Assembly (NCBI GenBank): GCA_032718475.1
Contig: JAUCBJ010000830.1
Span: 1-34,272, forward strand
Direction: 5' to 3'
Length of the DNA: 34,272 bases
From: Nemertoderma westbladi
Taxonomy: Eukaryota > Animalia > Xenacoelomorpha
Made by a program: the position numbers and the translations under genes. This document shows, piece after piece, positions 10,387 through 20,715 of this stretch (its first letter is position 1; every line of letters begins with the position of its first letter). The notes below the pieces were generated by a model. It ran no database searches, had not been told where the DNA came from, and saw only the letters and a program-made list of their open reading frames with translations.

Positions 10387-11599
10387 GATTATGCGCCCGA
10401 TGGATGTGCAAGACGCCCGTTGTTCTTTTTCCTAGCGTTTTAGAACCGCAGACAGCTCAACGCCGAAGTCCGAGCCCAGTTCGATCTCGACCACCACCCA
10501 GTCGTCTTAGGTGTCTTGCGAGCCTACCGTTAACGATCAACGCTCAGGAGAAGACATCAGAGACCAGTAGGACGAACTTTTAAACTCGTCAGGAGAACTC
10601 TTTGGAACTTTTTTGAAAGTATTTTAGTGTAATTACTTTGAACTTATCAATCTTAACTATTTTGTAAATTTGAATTATATTGTAATATTATATCATGAAA
10701 TTGGAATTATTTGTTTGATTTGTTATTTGTCTTATTTGATAACCGAAAGCCCTTTTTTTATATTTTAGGCACTGAATTAGGTAATAATTTGTATTTGTAT
10801 GTATGAAAGTTTATAGTTACGTAGTATTTGCAATATTGAGTATGCAATATGTACGAACAGTGATTATTTTATATTTTAGGCCCCACTTAGACTTAAAGAG
10901 ATATCTTAGTAAATCATTTGTGTATCTCGATTGGTGAAAACAGTCTTACTTACTGTTTTCATGGAGCGGTGATGGATTATTTCACTGTTAGGTAGCAATT
11001 TATAGTACAGCGTAAAAACTTTCTAAAATCCGACGTATTTTGACTTAATTGTAGTAATGTAATATGCCTATTCCTATTAGTACATGTTAGTTCATCGGTG
11101 ACTCTATTGGCGCAGTGGTCAGATGGGTTAAGGCGTTGGTTGCATTGTAGGTCGGTTACCAGTCGGGAATTTGCATTTTTGGGCTATTAATTTTCGATTT
11201 GATTAAAACAGATAGGCAAATGAGGTGCGTACAACACGTGGAATGATGAGTTGGGCTAATCATAGGGCATCGAACATCTTATTGCTCCAATGTGAGGCCA
11301 TGGAATGTCCTGCAATGTTCTAGTGGATTCTATGTCCCAGATTTGCTATATAAGGGCCGGTTTGCCTTCGGTTATCACAACTAACTAGTCTAATCATAGC
11401 TTACACACATTGACCCCTTACTTGTATCTCTTCGCTTAGTTTAGTTATTATTTATAAAGTGAAGTGATAAGTTTTGTTAATTACGTAAATATACCGTCAC
11501 TCTTGAACATGTATATTTCAAACAGTCCACCTTTGGGACAGCGAAACATTTGGGGAATGGCTGTCTAAACCGTTAGGCCGTCAGCAACGCAGGGAAAGA

Positions 11600-13076
11600 T
11601 GTCCACGACACACTAAGCACCCTCTTTAGATTCGCCCGCGCGCCCGTTCGAAATGCTCCACAAGACTTTGTTTGACCCCCTTGCCCGCCGTAAGACCAAT
11701 AGATCAGGGTAAGCGTGACGCCGTCCTGGGACGCTGTAAAATTTAGGATCAATTATTGCGGATAGCACATGTTCTGTAATTTGGTGATTTGCAATACTGA
11801 CAGTTCGGTCCCAGTTCACTTTGTAGTTTATACATTTGCACCCCCCCCCCCCCCCCCCCCCCCGTCTGAGCCCGAAATATTTGATCAGGCAAGGAGCATT
11901 TATGCTACCGGCACATGCTTGACCTAGGGAGGTTACTAATATCCTACCGCGCCTTGCCACTTACTGATAGGTATTAAGGTATTTATTGCTAACCACCGCA
12001 GTAACAAAGTTCTAGAATCAAATTAGTATACCAGATCAGCTAACGTACGGTAGCAATTAACACCTATTCTCTTATCTTACAACCAGAATCTGGTATTAGT
12101 GCCGATCACGGGTGTAGTTACTAACACCGTAATTGCCCGGTTGAGTTGTGGATAAGAAGGAGAGAGCTTGACGTCAGTTTGTAAGTATTGAGCCCCACAG
12201 AGCGCGACTAGCTTATTTTACTGTAGTACTGTAGCTAGCGCCCAGTATTGTTTTGGTCAGAATCACTAAAACCTAGTACAACGGAGTACACCAAAATTGT
12301 TTTATTCGTAACACACACACACACACCCCCACGCCCTAAAACATATACACCCCCTTCGAGATTCACTAGTTATTACTTACTTTAGGTTACTTTTCAGTAG
12401 GATCTACTCTGTAGTTCTACCATTCGTAGTTTGTAATTTTAGGAAATAATTGATATTTAGTTTTACCGCAAGAGAGCATTTACCCATTTGACTGCTATTT
12501 CTTCCTGTCAAAGTAGTAGTATTGTTACTTTGACTATTACTATTACTACTGATCGTACTTGTCAGTATTGTTACGCTAGTCTGTTAATCTACTAGCTCGT
12601 ATATAAACCATATAAATCACACCGCGGCAAGTTTACGGTATTTAGGTCCGTTAGCGATAGTTAGGATTCGCTGCGCGGGGATTGTTTTCCCGTGAGTTTG
12701 GTCTGTCACCGTAGACTGTACATCTGCCTCACCGGTTCGAGGCCGGGTATCCTGTTTTGTCTAGTTCGCCCGGGCATTTGACTCGCCCACTTATTAGAAT
12801 AGACACCAGGCTCCGTTCCTCGCCAGTAGTACTGTAGTTTGCGTATTTAGTATCTCTTTATTTAGACACCCTGGACTGGGATTTATTCTCAGATACTGTA
12901 CGAGCCCGTATACACTACTAGATCTTACAGTAAGATACATCGTTACTAGGATCCGGTAGGCGGTATACTACTGGACTTTTCATTAAATAAATTCAATTTA
13001 ACTACATTGGGTTACAACTCTAGCCCCATATATCGTAGAGGATAGGTCTAATTATGGGCAAAACTATTTGGGGACA
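11600..13076 (+). mobile_element. Candidate LTR (unpaired in this window)
   Basis: Purine run AGGGAAAGA directly before TGTCC (11600); matching GGACA end (13072-13076); AATAAA near 12986; TGACGTCA at about 12169. An alternative end is GGGTTACA at 13016. No second copy, PBS or TSD was found. Confidence 0.3.
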
Positions 13077-13152
13077 ACAGTCAAAAAGAGCTACCAACAG
13101 TCCCAACAGTCCGACAGTCAGAAAACAGTCCCAGGATAGTCTACCAACAGTC
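13077..13152. repeat. Cluster of ACAGTC motifs
   Basis: Six ACAGTC (plus one ATAGTC) in about 75 bp, resembling a subterminal repeat array of a DNA transposon end. Confidence 0.55.
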
Positions 13153-13310
13153 AAGGGTTTCAAAAAATTTCCGATTATCTTAATAGATTACTTAAATTCG
13201 AATAATCAAAGTAATATCAGCTGATAGCCGTAACTAAGGAAATTACATCATTCTTACCATATACTGCAGTAGGCCTACGGAACCCATACAGTTGTTAATA
13301 ACACACGTTC

Positions 13311-13909
13311 GTGGGGACTTCGCGCAGCACGTAGTCGACAAGCCTTGGCATACGGTTCATATAGAGCAAATGGGGCATGTCTAGTTTGGACCCAATATCC
13401 CTTGCTATAAATGTATTCATTCGATATACAATCATATGTTAATCCGCTAGGTGGTGTCAAATTGTTATTCTGCAATTTCGTACTTACTGTACAGCAGTAC
13501 CGTACCGGTAGGCCTATGTCATTACTTCTGAGTCTCTAGCGGATCCCCAATTAAATGTCTTAACTTTTCAATTTCGTAAAAGATAGACTTCATGATTCTC
13601 TACAGGCCACCAAAATTTCAGCTCAGGAAAATGAGGCCTTCTCGAGAAATTTAACATTTTCTAAAAACCACATAATCTGTCGTAGCTGACGTCAGACTGC
13701 ATGATTTTTCACCAAACTTTACAAACTTTCTAAACTTTCTCTCTACTACTTACCTACTAAGTTTGGTTCAATTCCGAATGAGCGATGCCGAGAAATTCGC
13801 GTTCAAACATTTACCAGACGGACGGACGGACAGACAGACAGACGGACATGCCCCATTTGCCCTATATGAACCGTATGCCAAGGCTCGCCGACTACGTGTC
13901 TCGCCCCAC
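13311..13909 (-). mobile_element. Non-autonomous element with inverted ends and a GACG/GACA microsatellite (DINE-1/Helentron-associated-like)
   Basis: 54-bp inverted repeat at 13328-13381 / 13845-13898, and (GACG/GACA)n at 13816-13848 adjacent to one arm, as in DINE-1/HINE elements. Confidence 0.6.
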
Positions 13910-14082
13910 AGTATTCAGGTATTATGGAACCGGGAACGGCAAGGGTGTTGGTCTAGTTTTGTTTGCGGTACTGACACAAGTCAACACATTCAAACATTGG
14001 GCATTATATTGTGACAGAATAACCGTCATTGTACCGCAATATCAGATCAACTTTGATAATATACGGAAATGGGTACAGTATA

Positions 14083-14178
14083 CGGACATTTCGTCCAGGA
14101 TATTTCGTCCCCGGGCTTTTCGTCCCGGACATTTCGTGCCGGGCTTTTTGTCACGGGCTTTTCGTCCCGGACTTTTCG
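14083..14178. repeat. ~15-bp tandem array (CGGACATTTCGTCC / CGGGCTTTTCGTCC), possible transposon terminus
   Basis: About six units; similar terminal arrays occur in Mutator-like/foldback elements; no partner end seen. Confidence 0.7.
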
Positions 14179-14286
14179 GTTTCAGGATCAATTTTTCAAT
14201 GTTTTCAGGGATACTCATTTTAATGCAATATAAACCAAATCGCTCATTTAACGTGAGTGAAACTTATAAATTAGTCACAGGTTTTT

Positions 14287-14377
14287 TCAGATAGGCCTAC
14301 ACCTTCAACAGATTCCCACTTATTCCCAGGTCTTGTCAGATAGGCCTACACCTTCAACAGATTCCCACTTATTCCCA
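14287..14377. repeat. 42-bp perfect direct duplication, period 49
   Basis: TCAGATAGGCCTACACCTTCAACAGATTCCCACTTATTCCCA at 14287 and 14336. Confidence 0.95.
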
Positions 14378-16578
14378 CGTACCCTTATTCGATTCAATCT
14401 CGTCATATTTTGTAAATATTGCTTGATATATCTGTATATCATATATATTAATTATATATAATTTGCTAATTTGTAATTATATATAGTCCAGAGTTTTTTT
14501 TTCTAAATATGTTAGTGAAATTTATAAATACAAATAGTGATTTCTAAAATTTTTAAACTTGTTTAGAAATATTTCTAAAATTAAATATTGCAAACAACGA
14601 ATTGATAAATATAAACTTTACTACAGCGTTTGAAATAAAAACTCCTGTAAATCAAAATTTAAGATTAACCATATTTAATTAATTATTAATGTTGTTTGTT
14701 CCTTATTGTTCGTTCATTCACCAGAATCGAAAACTTGATCCTCTAAATCTGATTCATCTCCTCCAGCTTCATTTGTACCAACTTCTATAATATCGAATAA
14801 ACTCCCTCATTTCTCGTGGTATTGTTTATTTCTAAGTAGATCGACATCGACTGTGTTAGGGTCTACGAGTGTTTCACTGACATTCCCATAATTTACAGTC
14901 TTATAAATTTTATACTTATTTTACTGTCCCAACACCCCAATCATGTGGAATATTCTTTCCCAATAAAAATGGCATTAATTTACCAAAGCTGCATTATATA
15001 GGGTAGTAGGTCTTTATTAGTTTAATATTTCGGTATAGATTACGTAGGCCCTCGCCCCACTGGTAACTCATGAGTCGTATGTCATAAATCGCTTTCAGAT
15101 TTTGTCTGAGTCCGTCGATGTCAAAATCAAAAGTAGGAATATATCTCCGGTGATCTACTGGTACAGTAAGTCATAAGTCTTTTCTTAAAAAATATAAGAT
15201 GCGCCTAACATTTACTGGAAAACCATAAATTGCTGTACAATATTTTCTGGCTTGCTGCTACCCAAAGTAACCAATAATCACAGGCCTCTTGCCGGATATA
15301 ACTCATGAGTCGTATGTCAAAAGATGGAACAGGAAGCACTCCCAATTAAACCAATGTGTTCCATAATTTAATTTGACTTATGACATACTGTACGACATAC
15401 AACTTACCAGTACAATGCCGTATGGTTGAATAAAGTAGAAAACAAAGCAATACAGGAAGTAATGCATGAAGTTTTCAAAATTAATCTTTCAAATTCGTCA
15501 TTGGGCAAATTATTTTGGTTTTCTAAATAAATTAGAGATTTTCTAAATTTTTCCTCGCCGTTTAGAAACTTTTCACAGCGGACATTTTGAAAAAAAAACT
15601 CTGAATACACAAGATGAAAAAATCCTCCGTTATTCTCAGCGTCAGCAATAATATTTATTTAAATTTTCGGGCGCTGTAATATATGGTAGCGCCCATATCC
15701 ATGACTATTATATATGATAAAGAGGGTATGTTATTAAATAACATACAGTCCCGCTCTCAAAAAGCATTCCTTTGATCAAACATTGATCAAACTTTGATCA
15801 AACATTGATCAAAGTTTGATCAAATATTGAAATGAACCAGGCTTATAAATCCTACCATTGAGTTCTACCAAAGGCGCTGCACTTCAAAGTCTTGATTCCC
15901 ACTGAGCCGTGTGTCAATCAAGCAGCCCTCTCTCTCTCTCTCTCTCTCGCTCTCCCTGTGTGTGTAATGCTCTATGTGCTCTGTAGGATGTCTGCAGATC
16001 ACACAGGACACCACGTCCATATCATGTACGCTATAGCCGTTATTTAAACCGGAACGCGTAGGTTATAATAATTTACAGCGATTATCAGAAAATAACAGCC
16101 GCAATTGAATCTCCACTTGGCGGTGTGGTGGTAATGAATGCAAGGGCGGGTAGGGGCTGTGTGGAGTTTAATTCTGAACTAATTGTATGTGTATTGTATA
16201 CGTTATTGTATGTAGTGTATTGTGTAATTGTATGTGGAAACTAATTGTAGCTAAGCTGTACCAGTAATGGGCCTGTTCTCACACTCTGTTCTTCATACAC
16301 TTGTGGTGACAGCACGGTGAAATCGCATACTGTGAATCACAGCATTTGGGTTGTTGTTACAGAGATGCGAGTAAAGCAGTTACAGTGAACTGTATGCATA
16401 GCACTAGCATAGCACTTATTCCAGGACATTGGTGTAGAATTACAATCAGACAATTAGGCCTACTGAATTACAGTACCGATATTGGACCGATATTATATTT
16501 ACTTTACAACTGGACTGAACTTTACGACTGAATTATTTATCTGGCAGTATCGACATCGAGAAAATATTGTAGAGCGCA

Positions 16579-17457
16579 ATGGCTAAAGCCCCCACCAAAG
16601 AGAAGAGCAGCTGGACTAATCAGTCGGTCTGTTGCACAGAGTGTGACGTTATTTGGACAGATATCAGGTATATGAAGTCGACGGCGGCGGCGGAAACCAT
16701 AAAGAACAGCGAGTTTCTTTGCGGAATCTGTGCCGCAGGTACAACAGCAACACTCCGGAAACAGATTGCCGAACTGCGGAGCAAAACAGCGATAATAACG
16801 GAATCGATATCAGGCGACGGCGACGAGGATAATCCGATCTCCTGGTCGTCAGTCGTATCCCGGCGAAAAAAGAGACAAGCGGGCGGCATTGTTCAGCCGA
16901 GTAATGTTTCAATCATTGCGAGAGAGTTGCAGAATGAAGTAAAACTTCAAGAGGGGAAGAAAAATAACCTCGTCGTAAGTGGTGTTCCAACAAGTTCTGA
17001 TCTTAGTGACGAGGAAATAATTGTCGACATCGCACTCGATATAGGAGTGGAGCTGTCAACAGTTGATGTCATTAATACTAAACGGATTGCCCCTTATTCG
17101 AGGGCCAAAAGAAATCAAGAAAGAATTGGGTCAACTCAAACCCATAATTCAAATGCTCATCTTCGGAAGATCGTGGTTACCCTCAGCCCGGAAAATCGGC
17201 GACTGCTCCTGTAGTCTTCCAAGAAGCTCAAGGACTCGCTACGTCATGGTTCAGTTTATGTCAATCCAGATCTTACTGCGGCTGAGCGGAAGGAACAGTA
17301 TGAACTTCGTGAGGCTTTGCGACAGAAACGCGTTAATGCGCCTGCGAAACAATGGATTATCCGCCGCAATCAAGTAGTTGAATTATCCAACAGACGTTCG
17401 TCACCAGCTGCTATGAGAGCCGACGATTCGGTTGTAGCCGTTGAGGGAATGGACTGA
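16579..17457 (+). pseudogene. L2/CR1-type LINE ORF1 with one premature stop (TAG 17212-17214)
   Basis: PHD-like Cys pairs (CCTEC..CGIC), a coiled coil, NNLVVSGVP, and after the TAG the same frame continues with the typical VYVNPDLTAAERK motif to TGA at 17455-17457. Confidence 0.8.
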
Positions 17458-17460
17458 CTG

Positions 17461-20400
17461 GTGGATGCCGACTTTGAAATGACCTCAACAGAACGTGTCA
17501 TCCAGACCTCGCAAGTTCCGGCCTCGCCAGTCCGGGCCGGGCTTGTTCCGGTGTCGCCAGCCACCATGGCCTCCTCGCCATTTTGGGCCATCCCAGCCTT
17601 GCCAGTCCGGGCCTCCACAGTCTCGCTTGTTCCGGCGTTGCCAGCCAATACGGCTTCGCCAGTTCTAGCCTCACCAGTCCATGCCTCAACAGCATCTCCA
17701 GTTCAGGCCTCTGCGACCTCGCCGGAAGTCTCAGACACAGTTTCCACAGCATCTGTTCAGTCACCCCCGGACCCCGGTTCCACAGCAAGAAAAATTAACT
17801 TTTGCCTTTTCAACCCACGATCAGTATGTAATAAATCCGACTTTATAAAGGACTATATTGTTGACAATAATGTTGATGTTATGGCAGTAACAGAGACTTG
17901 GCTGACTGGGACTGATGATGATGTGTGGATTACAAAAAACATTTGTCCTCTTGGCTACCGCATTATCCATCGACCACGGATTTATCGTATTGGTGGAGGA
18001 ACTGCTTTAATATATAAAGATTCTCTCAATGTAAAACTCGGTTCAACTAATAATGACTATGTAACTTTTGAAGTATTGGAGTTATTGCTTCATCAGGAAA
18101 GATCACTATGGAGAATCTACGTGATATATAGACCATGCCCAAGTAGTAAAAATGGCTTGAACGTTGGAAACTTTATGGAGGAATTTTCCACCTTTCTAGA
18201 ACATGTTACTACAACTACTGGGAAATTATTGATAGTTGGGGATTTTAACTTTCATGTGGATGATAAGAATGATAAGGATGCACAGAATTTTTTGGAACTC
18301 TTAGACTGCTTCGGTTTCACACAACATGTAAATGAACCAACACTCATAGCCGGTCATACTCTGGATCTGATTATATCACCTACTGAGGAGAGCCTGGGTA
18401 CCAATACGATACACATACGTGATATTGGATTATCAGATCATTTTACAGTCATGTTTAACCCTGATTTTGACAGTCATAAACATGATAATCTCGGAATGAA
18501 GACATTCAGAAAGTATTCACACGTGGATATTGAATCATTTTGTGAAGATATTCTTGGTTCAAATTTAGCATGTTCACAGACGGAGTACAGCCTGAATAAT
18601 CTAGTGACTGGATATCACGACGTACTGGCGGATTTGCTCGATCAACATGCACCACTTATACAGGTAACCAACAATAAACGGCCATCAGCCCCATGGTACT
18701 CGGTAGAGATTGCAGATCAGAAGAGGATTCGGCGCAAGCTCGAGAGGAAAAACAGCCGGAGAGATTCAAATGAGACTGACAAGATATTATACCGTGAGAA
18801 ATGCAAAGAGGTCGCTGATCTCATAACGAGAACAAAGCAGAATTACTACAGAGAACTTGTTGCGAGTCCTGGTATCGATACACGCGACTTATTTAAGGTT
18901 ATTAATAAAACTTTGCATCGTGAACAGAGTACTTGTTTACCACAGCACGACTCTGAACTAGACTTGGCAAACAATTTTGCCGACTACTTCGATGGTAAGA
19001 TACAAAAGTTACGAGACGAGTTGGATAACTACAATGTTGATCACACTACTCAGTCTTCCCCAGTCACTGATGACTTCAACATCGAGCAAAATGCAACATT
19101 TGCAGTATCAACGGACATTCCAAAGCCAGTATTTGACAAGTTCGATTCTGTATCACCTGATGAGGTTAACGACATGTTAAAGGACATGAAGTCAAAGACA
19201 AGCCAAACTGACCCAATTCCAACCTGGATGGTAAAACGCTCCATCTCAGTCTTGCTACCAATACTAGTTGCGATTGTCAATCTATCTTTGTCTCTTGCGA
19301 AATTTCCACAGTCTCTAAAAGATGCTGTCTTGACACCAATATTGAAAAAACTTAATTTAAATCCCGAGTTATTAAAGAACTTTCGACCTGTGTCAAATTT
19401 GAAGTTTCCTTGCAAACTGATAGAAAAGGCCGTCGCCATTCAACTAATAAAGCATCTTGAAATTAACAACCTATATGAGCCCTTGCAAAGTGGTTATCGC
19501 AAATGGCACAGCACTGAGACGGCATTGCTCAGGGTTCACAATGATATGCTCTGCGGAATCGATAATGGTAGCGCTGTATTGCTGATTCAGTTGGACTTGA
19601 GCTCTGCCTTCGACACCATAGAACATGAGAAGCTACTTAATATACTGCAGAGAGACATTGGAGTGACCGGCGATGTTCTCTCATGGTTCAAATCGTACCT
19701 GTGTGATAGAACTCAATCAGTCTCAATAGGAAGTGAACGTTCTAGAATATTTAAACTGCGTTATGGTGTCCCACAGGGTTCGGTCTTGGGCCCATTGTTA
19801 TTCATCATCTACATGCAGTCTCTAGGGAATGTTATCCGGAAGCACGGTCTATCGCATCACATATATGCGGATGACACCCAAATTTATATATTATTTAAGC
19901 CTGAACAATATTTACAAGCGAAATCAGTCACTGAAGAATGTTTGAAAGAGATTCAGGAATGGATGAGGGAGCACTTCTTGAAGTTGAATACCGATAAAAC
20001 TGAAACAATTTTGTTACAATCACGCTATGCGGCACCTCCACATCACATGAATGGTGCAATACAAGTGGGTGATGATTTGGTGCCAATAAGCGAATGGACT
20101 AAGAGTCTAGGTGCCATTTTTGACACCAACTTCACAATGGTTAGACATATAAACGCGACCGTGCGATGTTGTTTCTTTCATTTAAGAAGAATCGCGAAAA
20201 TCAGAAACTGTTTTGACAGTCGTACCTTGGAAACAATGGTGCACACGTTCATTACCAGTAGATTGGACCAAAACAACTCTCTTTATTATGGTCTACCAAA
20301 GAACCTTATCGGCAAACTACAGAAAGTTCAAAACGCCTCAGCACGTCTGATAAAACGCATCCACAAGAGAGATCCTATTACCCCTACACTGAAGGAATTA

Positions 20401-20715
20401 CATTGGCTGCCAGTAGAGAGAAGGATCGAGTATAAGATTGCACTACTAACATATAAGTGCGTTAATCATTTGGCTCCAAGTTACTTGGCCGAATTATTGG
20501 ATCGATATGAACCATATCGTACCTTAAGAACAAGTGGTGCTGGACTGTTACGCATTCCAACGTGTAGACTTACCTATTATGGTAGACGGTCGTTCTCCTT
20601 TGCAGCTCCAACGGTGTGGAACTCACTACCCTCGAAAATCAGAGACTCTCCCACACTTGATTCGTTTAAGGCTCAGCTAAAAACCCATCTCTTCATAAAG
20701 CAATACGGGAATTAA
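17461..20715 (+). CDS. L2-clade LINE ORF2 (APE endonuclease + reverse transcriptase), intact; first ATG at 17479
   Basis: EN motifs VTETWL, IYRP, GDFNFH, TLDLI, SDH; RT motifs QSGYRKWHSTETA, LDLSSAFDT, GVPQGSVLGP, YADD; L2-type C-terminus HWLPV..FKAQLKTHLF. Confidence 0.95.
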   Translation: MDADFEMTSTERVIQTSQVPASPVRAGLVPVSPATMASSPFWAIPALPVRASTVSLVPALPANTASPVLASPVHASTASPVQASATSPEVSDTVSTASVQSPPDPGSTARKINFCLFNPRSVCNKSDFIKDYIVDNNVDVMAVTETWLTGTDDDVWITKNICPLGYRIIHRPRIYRIGGGTALIYKDSLNVKLGSTNNDYVTFEVLELLLHQERSLWRIYVIYRPCPSSKNGLNVGNFMEEFSTFLEHVTTTTGKLLIVGDFNFHVDDKNDKDAQNFLELLDCFGFTQHVNEPTLIAGHTLDLIISPTEESLGTNTIHIRDIGLSDHFTVMFNPDFDSHKHDNLGMKTFRKYSHVDIESFCEDILGSNLACSQTEYSLNNLVTGYHDVLADLLDQHAPLIQVTNNKRPSAPWYSVEIADQKRIRRKLERKNSRRDSNETDKILYREKCKEVADLITRTKQNYYRELVASPGIDTRDLFKVINKTLHREQSTCLPQHDSELDLANNFADYFDGKIQKLRDELDNYNVDHTTQSSPVTDDFNIEQNATFAVSTDIPKPVFDKFDSVSPDEVNDMLKDMKSKTSQTDPIPTWMVKRSISVLLPILVAIVNLSLSLAKFPQSLKDAVLTPILKKLNLNPELLKNFRPVSNLKFPCKLIEKAVAIQLIKHLEINNLYEPLQSGYRKWHSTETALLRVHNDMLCGIDNGSAVLLIQLDLSSAFDTIEHEKLLNILQRDIGVTGDVLSWFKSYLCDRTQSVSIGSERSRIFKLRYGVPQGSVLGPLLFIIYMQSLGNVIRKHGLSHHIYADDTQIYILFKPEQYLQAKSVTEECLKEIQEWMREHFLKLNTDKTETILLQSRYAAPPHHMNGAIQVGDDLVPISEWTKSLGAIFDTNFTMVRHINATVRCCFFHLRRIAKIRNCFDSRTLETMVHTFITSRLDQNNSLYYGLPKNLIGKLQKVQNASARLIKRIHKRDPITPTLKELHWLPVERRIEYKIALLTYKCVNHLAPSYLAELLDRYEPYRTLRTSGAGLLRIPTCRLTYYGRRSFSFAAPTVWNSLPSKIRDSPTLDSFKAQLKTHLFIKQYGN

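Noticed and set aside
11108-11170. tRNA, SINE head or tRNA-Ser PBS (TGGCGCAGTGG..GGTTAAGGCG)
   Set aside because: A-box-like only; no nearby B-box or cloverleaf, and the PBS match is short with no LTR end before it.
11841-11863. C23 run as a minus-strand polypurine tract
   Set aside because: It is on the wrong side of Gag for a 3' PPT, and similar G/C runs occur in unrelated contexts (about 21272, 23273, 26100, 28175).
8560-13016. TGTAACC...GGTTACA as the ends of one LTR or element
   Set aside because: The flanks (GCTATA vs ACTCTA) give no convincing TSD and no internal direct repeats support it.
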